DNA from: Eledone cirrhosa
Lineage: Eukaryota
Direction of reading: 5' to 3'
Length of the DNA stretch: 64,000 bases
Assembly (NCBI GenBank): GCA_964016885.1
Contig: OZ024744.1
Span: forward strand, 69,130,001 to 69,194,000
In this document: piece after piece, positions 1 through 11,419 of the stretch
Layout of the letters: each line of letters begins with the position of its first letter
Position numbering within the stretch: the stretch's first letter is position 1
Program-made: the position numbers and the translations under genes
The notes under the pieces: model-generated
Seen by the model: only the letters and a program-made list of their open reading frames with translations
Database searches by the model: none
Told to the model about the DNA's origin: nothing

Positions 1-1680
1 AGACGTTTAGATTGAAAGGGGGATTGAAGAATGTATTAGTTCTTCTATATTTGTTTTTTGTAAAGTTACTTGAGGTATTGTTTATATTTCTGTATATATT
101 ATTATTGTGGTGTTTATTCTGGTGCGAGTTAAGTTTGATATTACCCTTTGTATTAGAGTTAGAGTGACTAGTACTTTTATCATGTTTCCTCGTGGCCATA
201 TTATGAGAAATAATGTTGTAACTAGGTGATTTTACAGGTTGAAATTTAATCTCATATTTATGTCCTGATTTAGCTAAGGCCTCATTATAGTATTGGGAAT
301 TGTTGTTAAATATGGTTTCGTTATATGATAGATTAGAGATTATATTTGATATTCCTTTAGTAACTGAGTTTAATATAGATTTAGGGTGATTAGAGTTGAT
401 ATCTACATAAAGTAGTTTTTCGTTTGGTTTATGAAAGGGTGTATATATTTTAGAGTCCATGTAAAGGGGAACATCAAGGAAGTTAACGTTTTTAGTGTTT
501 TTATCTAAGTGTTTTTACCCAAGTTGAAGTTTTTGAAAATTTCATGTAATTGTTTCCCAGTTCTTTCTATATTAAATTTGTTTATAGTCAATAAGAAGTA
601 GTGCATCATCGCGGTATAAACCACCATCAAGGTAGGTTCCTATGAATTTCATTTAAGAGATATAGGCCGACCAAATCGGTGACTGTGCCGAGTCACTAGA
701 CCACCCCATAGTTATGTCAAAGTTGTTATGTGTATCCTTGCGGGTCCATAATTGATCTTCAAAAGTAATTATGGTTTTTCGCGCCGCAAGGATGACATCA
801 ATTTGGGATCTAGTAAGGTCACTATTGTTCATAGCCATAATTAATGCCTTATTTAATAGGATAGGGGAAATAGAAGTGTAGTATGAATTAATATCAAATT
901 GTATACATTTTTTATTTTTATTTTCTTTAATATTATTGAACCATTCAATAACTTCACCAGTATTTCCCCACTGGTTAAGATACATTTTATGCTTAAATTG
1001 TGGGATGATTCTATCTAATATTTTCTTGCTGATAATTCCAATGTCAGATTTGGAAGGGCAAATTAGTCTTATAGAAGGGTTACTATTAAAGTCTTCCTTA
1101 TGGTCTTTCAGAGAGAATCTTGGGAGGTTAGGGGTGTATGGCGGTGTATGTCTCTAAAGTCCTAATTTACACAGTATACTATAGTTATATCCTCTATATT
1201 TATATCCTCTAGGTTTTTAATAGTGGTTTTCTTATAGCTCATATGTAGTTCTTTATATATAACTTTTCTATATGTATCGTAACCCAGGCTATATATATTA
1301 TTAGTTTTATCTGCATGTACAAGAATTCTTTTATTTTTATTAAATCCTTTAATAGTGGAGTTAGGGTTGTTTAAGAAGGTATTGTTCCTATAATGATGTT
1401 TTTTTAACCTTATGTTCTTAACTAGTTTTATTAGATCATTTTCGAAAGAGTTTAATAAGGTGATGTGAGGAGGGCCTTTAAAAGTGTTAAAGCCGTAAGA
1501 GTCGAAAATGTTTGCATCTCTGTTTTTGTCTGATTTGTTTCTATCGTAATAGAATGTCCTCCATCTCACTCTATTGACAATAGAGTTGACACTATTAATC
1601 AATAATTTTTCGTATGTATCTCTGGATGGTATTGGTATGCTCTTAGTAGACATAGGAATATTATCTTTGATTAGCATACT
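1..1680 (-). pseudogene. Penelope-like element reverse transcriptase (Naiad-type), frameshifted, runs off the window start
   Basis: ORF 1162..1677 has STKSIPIPS...RVRWR...ADKTNNIY. ORF 653..985 has QFDINSYYTSI and FDITMG. GGLYRDDA reads on the minus strand at ~602-625, followed by a VNFLDV/YVDINSNHP thumb region. Confidence 0.85.
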
Positions 1681-1997
1681 ACCTTAATGTCTCCAATTGT
1701 TAAACTAATCTCTGTCGCAAGCATTCCACTCTGTGCCTTTTAACTTTTAATTTTTAATTTTAATTATTGTACAATTCTCTTGAAATCTATGTCGCATCCA
1801 TTCCACTCTGTAAATACGAAACAACATTAATATCCATGTATCTATATGATTGTTCTGTTGAATAGGAGGTTAATTATATGTATAAACATTGCTAATGCTC
1901 CGTTGAATCCAAACGATAGTTTGGAAGAAACGATTGTCAGCAATAAAATGATTTGAACATAGCTTTGATTATTGTGTAACTTATATATATATATATT

Positions 1998-3086
1998 TGT
2001 TTTGCGAGGTTTTTGATATGAAATCGTGTGTCGAAACAAATATTGTTATACTTGGGGAGGGTCATATTGTTGTAATAATATTGCCAGAATTAAAATCAGA
2101 ACACACTTGGTACGAGTGATGAAGAACGTGTCCCGCATGAGCGACCCAACAGAGATGGAAAGACACATGCAACACTTCATCAACCGCATGCAGTTTTCTG
2201 GCTACAACCAAATAGACAGAATCAGAGTATACGAAGGAGCCACGGAGAAGTATAAGACCCTCATAGAACTGGACATGAAAGGAATTTGCCCATCATACAG
2301 GAGCAAATCATGGAATAGCTTAGATAAGGAAAGCCACCTCATGGTACGACAACCAGAGATACCAGAGCGTCATGTTCGTGGACGCTACCCCTGGAGGGAA
2401 ATTAGCTAACCAGTGTAGAAAGGCCCTGAGAAAGACCCACTTAAAGATTAGAGTGGTAGAAAAGCCAGGAACTACCATAAAATCCCTGATCAGCATAACC
2501 TACCCTTTTAAGAAAATCCACTGTACTAATAGGAAATGTATTATATGTAAAGTAAACCCCCGGATAACCTGTAAAACTAGAAACGTAGTCTATAGCATAA
2601 GATGTACAGAGAGTACTTGCAGACATATGACAACATACATAGGCGAGACAGCTCGTAGCATAGGTGAAAGGATAGACCAACACTGGGGGAAACTAAAAGG
2701 ACGAAAAAACGGTTCAGTACTATACGAACATGCCAGACAACAACATGACGGTAGCATAGACAACATAAAAATTAGAATAATATCTAAACATAGAAATGAC
2801 CCAGCAGATAGGCAAATCAGAGAGGCAAGTAAAATAGAACTTAAAAGGCCAAGGCTAAACAGAAAAAATGAATGGAATAACAACAACACCCAAACAATAC
2901 TGATCTAAGAGAAATATAAATAAATAAATAAATAAATATATACACAAGCACAATAACAACAAACACATAAACACACACTAGTAAACTAAGATAGAATACA
3001 ATAACCAAAACACAGTCACCCAAATGCGAACACACACCAAACACTATACACACACGCAAACGCATGCGCAGAGAAGAAGACGAAAA

Positions 3087-3129
<43 letters not shown>

Positions 3130-3400
3130 ACAGATTAAATAAAGAAGGCGTAGATATACAACACAACAGGAGGAAACATAATAGCACCACTGACGATGTT
3201 GCAGATGCGCAACGAAAGAACTTTGTTAGTCTATATATATGTATTTATATCTGTATTTTTTACCGTTGATCAGTCAATGGCAAACATTGAGGACCGAATA
3301 AAAAGATACAGAAGCGAAAACCAACCAAACAGTGAGTGTGTTCTGTTATTAATTCTGGCAATATTATTACAACAATATGACCCCCCCCCCTCCCAAGTAT

Positions 3401-3408
<8 letters not shown>
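1998..3408 (+). mobile_element. 5'-truncated Penelope-like element: RT tail plus GIY-YIG endonuclease, pseudo-LTR, inverted terminal segment, flanked by (TA)n
   Basis: ORFs 2026..2409 and 2372..2908 contain SGY, CxxxxCxxC, NVVYSIRC...YIGETARSIGERIDQH and R..REA..I...RP.LN. The segment ~2040-2108 is the reverse complement of ~3335-3408. Confidence 0.9.
3186..3228 (+). ncRNA. Minimal type I hammerhead ribozyme motif in PLE pseudo-LTR
   Basis: CTGACGA-tgttg cagatgcg caac-GAAA-gaac-TT; stem I is weak in this copy. Confidence 0.65.

Positions 3409-3472
<64 letters not shown>
3405..3472. repeat. (TA)n microsatellite
   Basis: Seen directly. Confidence 0.98.
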
Positions 3473-3476
<4 letters not shown>

Positions 3477-4149
3477 TCATTCACACAAACAAACCCACAC
3501 ACATACATTTACACAAATACACACATGCACATACACTCATGCACAGCGTAGCAAATGGGAACGCCAGTCGCTGATTTGCTATAATCTTTTCACTATCTCC
3601 TTCCTTCCTTTTTCACACACATACGTACACACAGACACACATTGTGTGACGGACAGACGGTCGGATATCGCTTAGATTTATATAGAGATTTATGTTTATT
3701 TATTTCTCTGCAACTCCTGTTGCAACATACTCCAGACTTTCCTTAATCTTCATTTCATCATTATCATGATGAATGGATGGAATGGGATGGTACCCTTAGG
3801 AGGAGGAATTTCAGCATCTGAGACTAAGCATGTACTGGGCTACAAGTATATGAGCGGAATCGGGATGCACACTGTTTTGGTTTGTCTTTTCCCTTCCTCC
3901 ACGTTTCCAAAAATCAGACAGACAATCCCATTTGCTTGTCTTTTTCTCTTCCTAATATTTTAGTCCAGACGCCGTGTAGCGCTTTTTTTTAACTTAACTT
4001 TTTATTTTGTTTTTGAAGCTGTTGAAAGAAGCTGCCCTCTTTGTGAGATAAAGTTATATCAATTTTCACCGTGCCCGATACTGGATATATTCTTCAGGAA
4101 TACAATGTCTTTTTCAATTTTTACTTTCGCCATTTTTAAACATTCCATT

Positions 4150-4314
4150 TGTATGTGTGTGTGTGTATGTGTGTGTGTGTGTCTGTGTCTTAGTGTTAAG
4201 GTATGTGTGTGTCTGTGTCTTAGTGTTAAGGTATGTGTGTGTCTGTGTGTCTGTGTGTGTGTCTGTCTGTCTGTGTCTTAGTGTTGAAGCATGTGTGTGC
4301 GTGTGTGTGTGTCT

Positions 4315-4346
<32 letters not shown>

Positions 4347-4356
4347 CTTAGTGTTA

Positions 4357-4405
<49 letters not shown>

Positions 4406-4500
4406 TTAGTGTTAAAGTGTGTGTGTGTGTGTGTGTGTGTCTGTGTCTGTATCTTAGTGGGTGTATGTGTATGTGTATGTGTATGTGTGTGTGTGTGTTT
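4150..4500. repeat. Compound (TG)n microsatellite with a recurrent tcttagtgttaa spacer
   Basis: Seen directly. Confidence 0.95.
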
Positions 4501-5279
4501 GTGAAGAAAAAATTATTTTCAGATTATCATATTGCTGCTATTATTATCTATGTATTCTACTGTTTAATTCGACATCGTTTGTTTTTTTGTGCTTTTTGTG
4601 GTTGTTGTTGTTTTTTTTATTGTTTTTTTTTTTGTATTTTTTACACAACGTGTGTCGTTTTGCGAATTTATTTCAGTTTTTTTTAGTTTTTTTTTTTTTA
4701 TTAAGTATCACTGTTGTTTGTTTTGACTATCTAACTGTTTCCTCTCATGCATCTATCATACTGTTTCATCTCATGTTCCTACCTATCGTTGCACCTCATG
4801 TCGTGTAAACATATTAGGATTTTGCCCTACACATTAACAAGAAATGTTGTCCGAAAAATAAACTTTAAATCTATCCCACGCGCTGTCATGGGGGGAATAT
4901 TCCGATGTTATAAATTCCACTGTTTAGAAAATAATTCAAATAAATAAATAAAAATTTCATCCAGTAAAACTCTAAGGCGCTCGATTGGGCAAAGATGTTT
5001 AAATGTCATTTTTTCCTGGTTTCTAAGTTATGAGTTCAAATGCCGCCGAGGTCTGCTTTGCATTTTGTATCTTCGGGATGTATAAAAAAAAAAGTACCGG
5101 TTAAGTGTAATAGTTGAAGTTCTCTTTCCTGTCAGATGCCACTTCTGAATTGTTCTTTTGGATCAAATTTGAAAGGGCTGAGATGGTGTCCACATCCACT
5201 CGAGACTGCACGGGCACATAAAATCCTTCGGGAAAGCGTGGTACTTATTGCCAAGTAATACTCGATTACGGGTGACAGC

Positions 5280-5930
5280 TGTAGTTATATAAGGATGTGG
5301 GGCACCTCCGTCGTTTTCGATGAAGAGTGTTCCAGTTGTCCGATCAAGGGAACAGGCCTGTTAATGAAATTAATGTGACTGAGTATTGCACATGTATGTA
5401 TATCCTTAACGTAGTTTTCAGAGAGATTCAGCGTGATACAGTGTGTGACAAGGCTGGCCCTTTGAATTTCCCAAGATGTCACAATCTCCAGGTGCCAAGC
5501 TGCAAACCCATCAAATTTTCCAGGTTGAGCTTCGTTCCCCTTCAACCTTTCATGTTCTTCTAAGAAGTTGCCACCACCTCGAAATCCGAGATGTCCGACA
5601 CCATCTCGATGACGTCACCCGGATATGCGGACACAACCCTTCCACGTCCTAGTTTGAGCGGGATGCATAGCAACAACTACAATTTCTTTCTGCGGTAATG
5701 GTTCCGAGAGTCAATACGTACAGGTGACAGGTGGGAGGAGAGAGAACACCCTTGGCAGATCGATTGAGAGATCTGGAACGGTTCCGATAGGTGACAGTTA
5801 ACTTTGACCACCGAGTTGATGCCGTTGTACATTGCAACGATCCAGCTTCTGAATTTGGCACCGAAATCAGCTGCCTTGAGGGCGGCCTCCAGATTTCAAT
5901 TGATCCAATTTGAGCAGAGCCCACCGAAGC
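5280..5930 (-). pseudogene. Possible degraded L1/Tx1-type ORF1 relic
   Basis: Moderately GC-rich patch with broken minus-strand ORFs (5649..5924, 5285..5545) ending in a possibly eroded knuckle (GQLEH). The resemblance is weak. Confidence 0.25.
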
Positions 5931-6527
5931 CAGGTTTACCCCCTACTTTCTCTATTATGTATGGCATGAGGTGAAGGTTATCGTGTATGCCTCTGTGCGA
6001 GATTGCGTAAGTTTGCGGGAAATCTAGTTGATACTTGTCAGACAGTTGGAACTAGCAGATCAAGTTCTTGAGATTTCGAACCCCAACCCGCTTCAATCTG
6101 ATACTCCCACACAATCCCAGCAAGAGCCCTTTCCCTGAAGCAAAATATACTTGACCTTTACAGCACTTGCCTGGTCATTTTCTCCGATTAATATATAAGC
6201 AAAACTGGATCAAAACTTACCCTCGAAGACAATGATAACAATAGCAGCAATAACAACAACAACCATGGCGTGGATGATGATGTTGATGATGATGGTGGTG
6301 GTGGTGGTTGTGGTGTTCATAAATCAATGAACTCTATGCGCAGTGCAGTATCTGAGTCTTTGAGAAAGAAACAAAAAACATATAACACTAACAACTGAAG
6401 AGATAATGGCCGTCGTTCGTTGTGTGGAGTTGGGTGAGCTTCAGTCGGATGTATGTAAGGCGTTACATTTAGTGATTTCTAATGTATCAACAATTATGAG
6501 CAATGTTTATAAAATAAAGCGCGCTCA

Positions 6528-6586
6528 GACACACACACACATAAACACACACACTCACCCACGCACACGCGCGCACACAGACACAG

Positions 6587-6641
<55 letters not shown>

Positions 6642-6662
6642 CGCACACATACGCACACACAC
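6528..6662. repeat. (CA)n microsatellite
   Basis: Seen directly. Confidence 0.95.
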
Positions 6663-6704
6663 AAGAACAAGTTTGTCATTCCCCAGAATAACTTACTAAC
6701 GCAG

Positions 6705-7510
6705 TGAGTCAGTGGAAACAATTGAGAAAATGTTAGTGTTATGGGTTAACGATATGAACCAAAATATAATGTCTGGTTGACACAGGCAGTAATTCAAGAC
6801 AAAGCGAAGTTGTTAATTGACAAAATATGTGAAGTGTCTGGTATCGCTGTAACATTTATAGTCACAAAAGGGTGTTTTCATCGGTTGAAAAACGGTTCTA
6901 GAATGCACAGACTGAAAGTGTATGGTAAGGCTGGAAATTTTGACATTGTTCTGGCAGAAAAAAAAAAAACCTTACGAATTTAAACGTTTAATAGACCAAA
7001 ACAGCTAACACCTTGTCTGATATTTTAAAGTGAACGGAACTGAACTTTATTTTAAAGAATAACCAAACATGACATACATCACCGACGAGGTGAGGTCTGG
7101 TCTTGATTTGAATCTTGCAAAACAACAATGAACATTATTTCTGGGTGGCAATGCATCAAGGACATTACATTCAAATTCAAATCGATGTTGTTGTATCATT
7201 TAGGGAGGGCTCCCCAAGAAAAAAAAGGGATAATGTGAAAACATAGCTTCTTGTGTTTCTCGCTCTAATAAACGATATAGGTGATTCAAACATTTTTTTA
7301 TTGAATGACACACCGCGTAGTTTTATCCATGTGCTGTCCAGTGTTGTGTGGAGAATAGTCATGTTGAAGTTGGACAATGATCTAGCTCATAGAGCATAGC
7401 ACTTAAAAAATAATCTTAATTAGCTATTTGAGGTTAGAGTTGTGTTTTAGCTGCCAAAAACAACTTTACTTTTGTACCTTATGGACAAGAATGTAATTGC
7501 GATCTTTGCC
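6705..7510 (+). pseudogene. pogo/Tigger-type DDE transposase relic
   Basis: [10 protein letters not shown]...TQAVIQDKAK...F..TKGCFHRLK (CENP-B-type HTH), TLFLGGNAS (~7130-7160), LDN, and LPKN...PMDKNVIAIF (~7450-7510). Many stops and frameshifts. Confidence 0.75.
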
Positions 7511-8239
7511 GCCCTCGTGTCGTCAAAAATGACGGCTAACTGTAATATCTATACATAATATGAAAAAGAGATGTCTGTTTGTTAGTTGGCTGGTTGGTTC
7601 CTTCGCGCTCACTCACACAAGTGATACAAACACACAGCCCTGACGAATTTTAGAACGCTGGACATTCTATAGTTTCTCACCTTCCCTTCCTCAGTCATCA
7701 CATAGATGTGTGTGTATTAAACACATCTTCCTTCCTCAGTCAACAAAATCAACCTTTCCTTCTTCCGTCGACATAATCGCCCCTTCCTTCCTCAGTCGAC
7801 ATAATCACCCCTTCCTTCCTCAGTTAACTCTAGTGTGTGACGGACAAATACATAAGGCTATTAAATTAGTAGATTGTTGGGGTTGAACAGTCTGATATAA
7901 CTTGAAGGAATATTAGAAATCGTGTAGAATGCTGAAGTGTGGAGTAAAATGTTTTGAAAGAGGCTAAATATGTAATTCCTATGGTTAAGTGTGTTGACAG
8001 TGACAGCATTTATTCCGACAACATTTTCTTGTTGCTAGATAGCAATAAAGAAGAATGTACAACTTCACGTACATGCGGCTGACTCAACAGTAGAAGAGGA
8101 AGGATTAGAGGCAATCGTGAAATTAAAAAGAAAACATATTTAAATAATCCTGTCGCAATTCCGTATCAATTTCATCAATCTGTAATAATGGATTCTGAAT
8201 TAGGTACAAGACCAACAATATTTGAGGAGGAGTAAGTCG

Positions 8240-8570
8240 GTACTTTATTTTATCGACCTCCATAATGATGTAAGGCAAATCCAACCTCGGTGGGATTTGA
8301 ACTTAAAATGAAATGAGCCGTAACTAAATACCACAAAATATTTTGTTCGGCGTTCTAACCACCCTTGATTAACCTGTAATAATTATTTCTACTTTTGCCA
8401 CAAGACCAGCAATTAGCCCAGTGCATTACTGGTATTTTATTTTATCGACCCCGTAAGGACGAAAGGCAAAGTTAACCTCAACAGGATTTGAACTCGGAAC
8501 GAAAAGGGCCATAACTCTATGCTGCAAAGCATTGTGTCTGATGCTCTACCCATACTATCAATCCACCGCC
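8240..8570 (-). mobile_element. Two tRNA-like SINE copies
   Basis: Reverse complement of the family core gagttcaaatcc..gaggttaactttgcctttcatccttacggggtcgataaaataaagtaccag. Confidence 0.85.
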
Positions 8571-9038
8571 CTGTAATGATTATCCTGTAATAATGAACCA
8601 GAGTTGAAATGTCAGCATTGCATCCAAAGAAGTGTCAAAATAATGTTTGAAACCCTATTACGACATCTTGAAAGATAAGCATAAAAAGTCGTGCTAGAAG
8701 TTAACACTGATACTTTACTAGTACTAGTGATATAGTATGACTTTTTCGTGGGTGGTGATGACGAAAAAAGTGTTAACTGTAAAGATGGTAACAACGAAAC
8801 ATCCTCGACAAAAGAAAAGAAAATTGAAATAATTCTGAATAATGTGAAAATGAAAAGAAAAGAAAACGGGTAAAAAGAAAATATGGCGAAAAAATGACAA
8901 TTGAACAAACATCACTTTCGTAAAAAAATATTTACATTTCCACACACAAGTGCCAGAAGCAACAACTGCAAATTTCCTCAGGCAAGGAGACAGAGTTATT
9001 TTAACACACCACCATCACATATTTTTATTTGTCTAGAC

Positions 9039-9358
9039 CAGGGGTATGCAACATATTCCATTGGCGGGCCACTTTTGAACATTGGAACAACTATTAGGGC
9101 CATTAATATTTATTAAGCACTTTTCCAAAGATTCACAACAACTTCTTTCCGTAACATGGAACTGAGAAATTATAACATGCATAACCCTATCCAGTGAAGT
9201 TCTTTAGTATAGGTCAACTAACAGGAAAGTGTATTACGGTTAGGAAAAAAATTCTAAATAAGCCTACAAGGTAAAAATTAAAAACGGTCACCGCAGGCCA
9301 CTCTGATTGGTCTGGCGGGCCGGATTGTGGCCCACGGGCCGCCTGTTGCATGTCCCTG
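9039..9358. mobile_element. hAT-type MITE with 8-bp target-site duplication (TSD)
   Basis: Terminal inverted repeats (TIRs) CAGGGGTATGCAACA / TGTTGCATGTCCCTG, subterminal gcgggcc motifs, and identical flanks GTCTAGAC at 9031-9038 and 9359-9366. Confidence 0.9.
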
Positions 9359-9445
9359 GTCTAGACCATATCCATGTTCAAAATTTACTTTAGAAAGCGG
9401 CACCTTCACAGCGGTGTATGTGTACAAAGTTGTGATGTTATGTTG

Positions 9446-9875
9446 TCGGTGGATTGGCAGTATCGGTAGAGGGTCGGACGCCATGCTTTGCAGCAAAAAG
9501 TTACGGCTCTTTATGATCTGAGCTCAAATCCCGCCGAGGTTAACTTTGCCTTTCATCCTTACGGGGTCGATAAAATAAACTACCAGTCACGCACTGGGGT
9601 CGATCTAATTGACTTTTCCTCCCCCCCCCCCCCCCCCAAAATTACTAGCCTTGTGCCTATATAAGCAACCATTATTAACAGGGGTGATTGGCAGTATCAG
9701 TAGAGGGTCGGACGCCATGCTTTGATGCATAGAGTTACGGCCCTTTCCAATCTGAGTTCAAATCCCGCCGAGGTTAACTTTGCCTTTCATCCTTACGGGG
9801 TCGATACAATAAAGTACCAGTAATGCACTGGGTAATTGCTGGCCTTGTGCCAAAAGTAGAAACAATTATTAACAG
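9446..9875 (+). mobile_element. Two tandem tRNA-like SINEs
   Basis: A-box-like TGGCAGTATCGG, B-box-like GTTCAAATCC, conserved core gcctttcatccttacggggtcgataaaataaagtaccag, and an (ATT)n tail. Confidence 0.9.
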
Positions 9876-11419
9876 AAAAGTCATCCATTAGATTATATGT
9901 CCCACGATGCAATGTATTCCAATTTATATTATTTTCTTATTTGATGGGAAAATTCCTTTGTTTTTATTATAAACAATTCAAGAGTCTTTTGTGGTTATGA
10001 AAGCGGAAAAGAAAGGGAAAGGCAAGGGCACTAGTGTCACAGAAGAATAGGAGGCGGAAAGGGGCGGATGATCGCCTCTAAGTCTAGCACGCGGTATTAT
10101 TGCGGCTGCGACAGACACCCCACCACGTAAGGCTCCTTCGTCAGACGGGCTGCCGACGTTTCAATCTTGCGGAGGAGCTCGGCAGGACGAGGTCAAAATA
10201 CGCCTGAGGTCTTCTCGTCGATGACCGGTGCAAAGAGGAAGCGGCCGGTCATATTCAAAATGACATTTTTCACCTGAAATAGCCAAAAAAATTAACATAA
10301 ACTTATCAGATTGTAAAAGTCCAGAAGGGTGTTTCGAATGACGTTACACAATAGGGATCGTAAGGAGACCTAAAGGGGCGTAACTATGCTGGAAAGCATG
10401 GCGTCCGACCCTCTAACGATACTGCCAATTCACCCGCCCTTTACATTTATTTGTAACTAGCTGAGCTACCCGGTGATACCCGGGTATTTTATGAAAGTTA
10501 CAATATATTTGGCACACATTACAAAATATTTGACCATTCAAATATGCTTGCTGAAGTTTAACCAAAGTAGGAATTATAGCAGAATATTTATAGCCGTTTG
10601 GTCAAAGTAAATCATCTAGATAAAAATATTAGTTTTTTCCAGTGGTGATTTTTTTAATACTTCTCCCTATTACAGTCAGCATATATAATGCTTTACTCAT
10701 AGGTGAATCATTTGGTATGTTGTCAGTGAAAAGGGTATGACCAAAACAATACATTTAGATTTTTTTTATTTATCCTTTTCTTTCTTTTTTTTTTTTTTTT
10801 TTGCTCAATCTGAACCTCTGAAATTCAAATAACATTTAAAAAACCATAAATAAAATAAGAAAATAAATTTAGCATTGGTTTATGATTGAATGAAGCATTT
10901 ATTTACTCATTTCTGTAATTCGGGGAAAGTGTATTTCAATTTGGACACTGTAGGTTTCACCAATCTTTGCCTCTATGGCAGTAGGATCTTGTTTGAGGTA
11001 GATTTGTTTTCTATTTCTATTAGCTATACCAACAGTTATAGTGGCTCACATGACATACATAGATGCTTACACACACATGTATGTGTGTAAGACAGTTGTT
11101 TGTGATTTGAAATGGATTTTGCTAATATTTCTAGTAGATCGAGTTATCACATAGAACCATTCCTTTTTGCTTCATACATATATACATACCTGAGAAAGTA
11201 AGGTGGGATTTGAAGGAAATTTGGCTGCTATTTCTACCCAACAAAGTCCTCACTTATACTACTTTATATAGCAGAGATACCCGGGAATGCCTGCATATTC
11301 TTCCAAAGTAACACCATGCAGTAAATTTGCTGTTTCAGAATTCCTTGCAAACTACATGACTAAGGAATTACGATATGTGTGTATTGTCATTGAATGAGGA
11401 ATTACGACATTGCTCATTC

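Noticed and set aside
9446-9540. tRNA genes
   Set aside because: The A/B-box-like motifs belong to SINE heads; there is no full cloverleaf.
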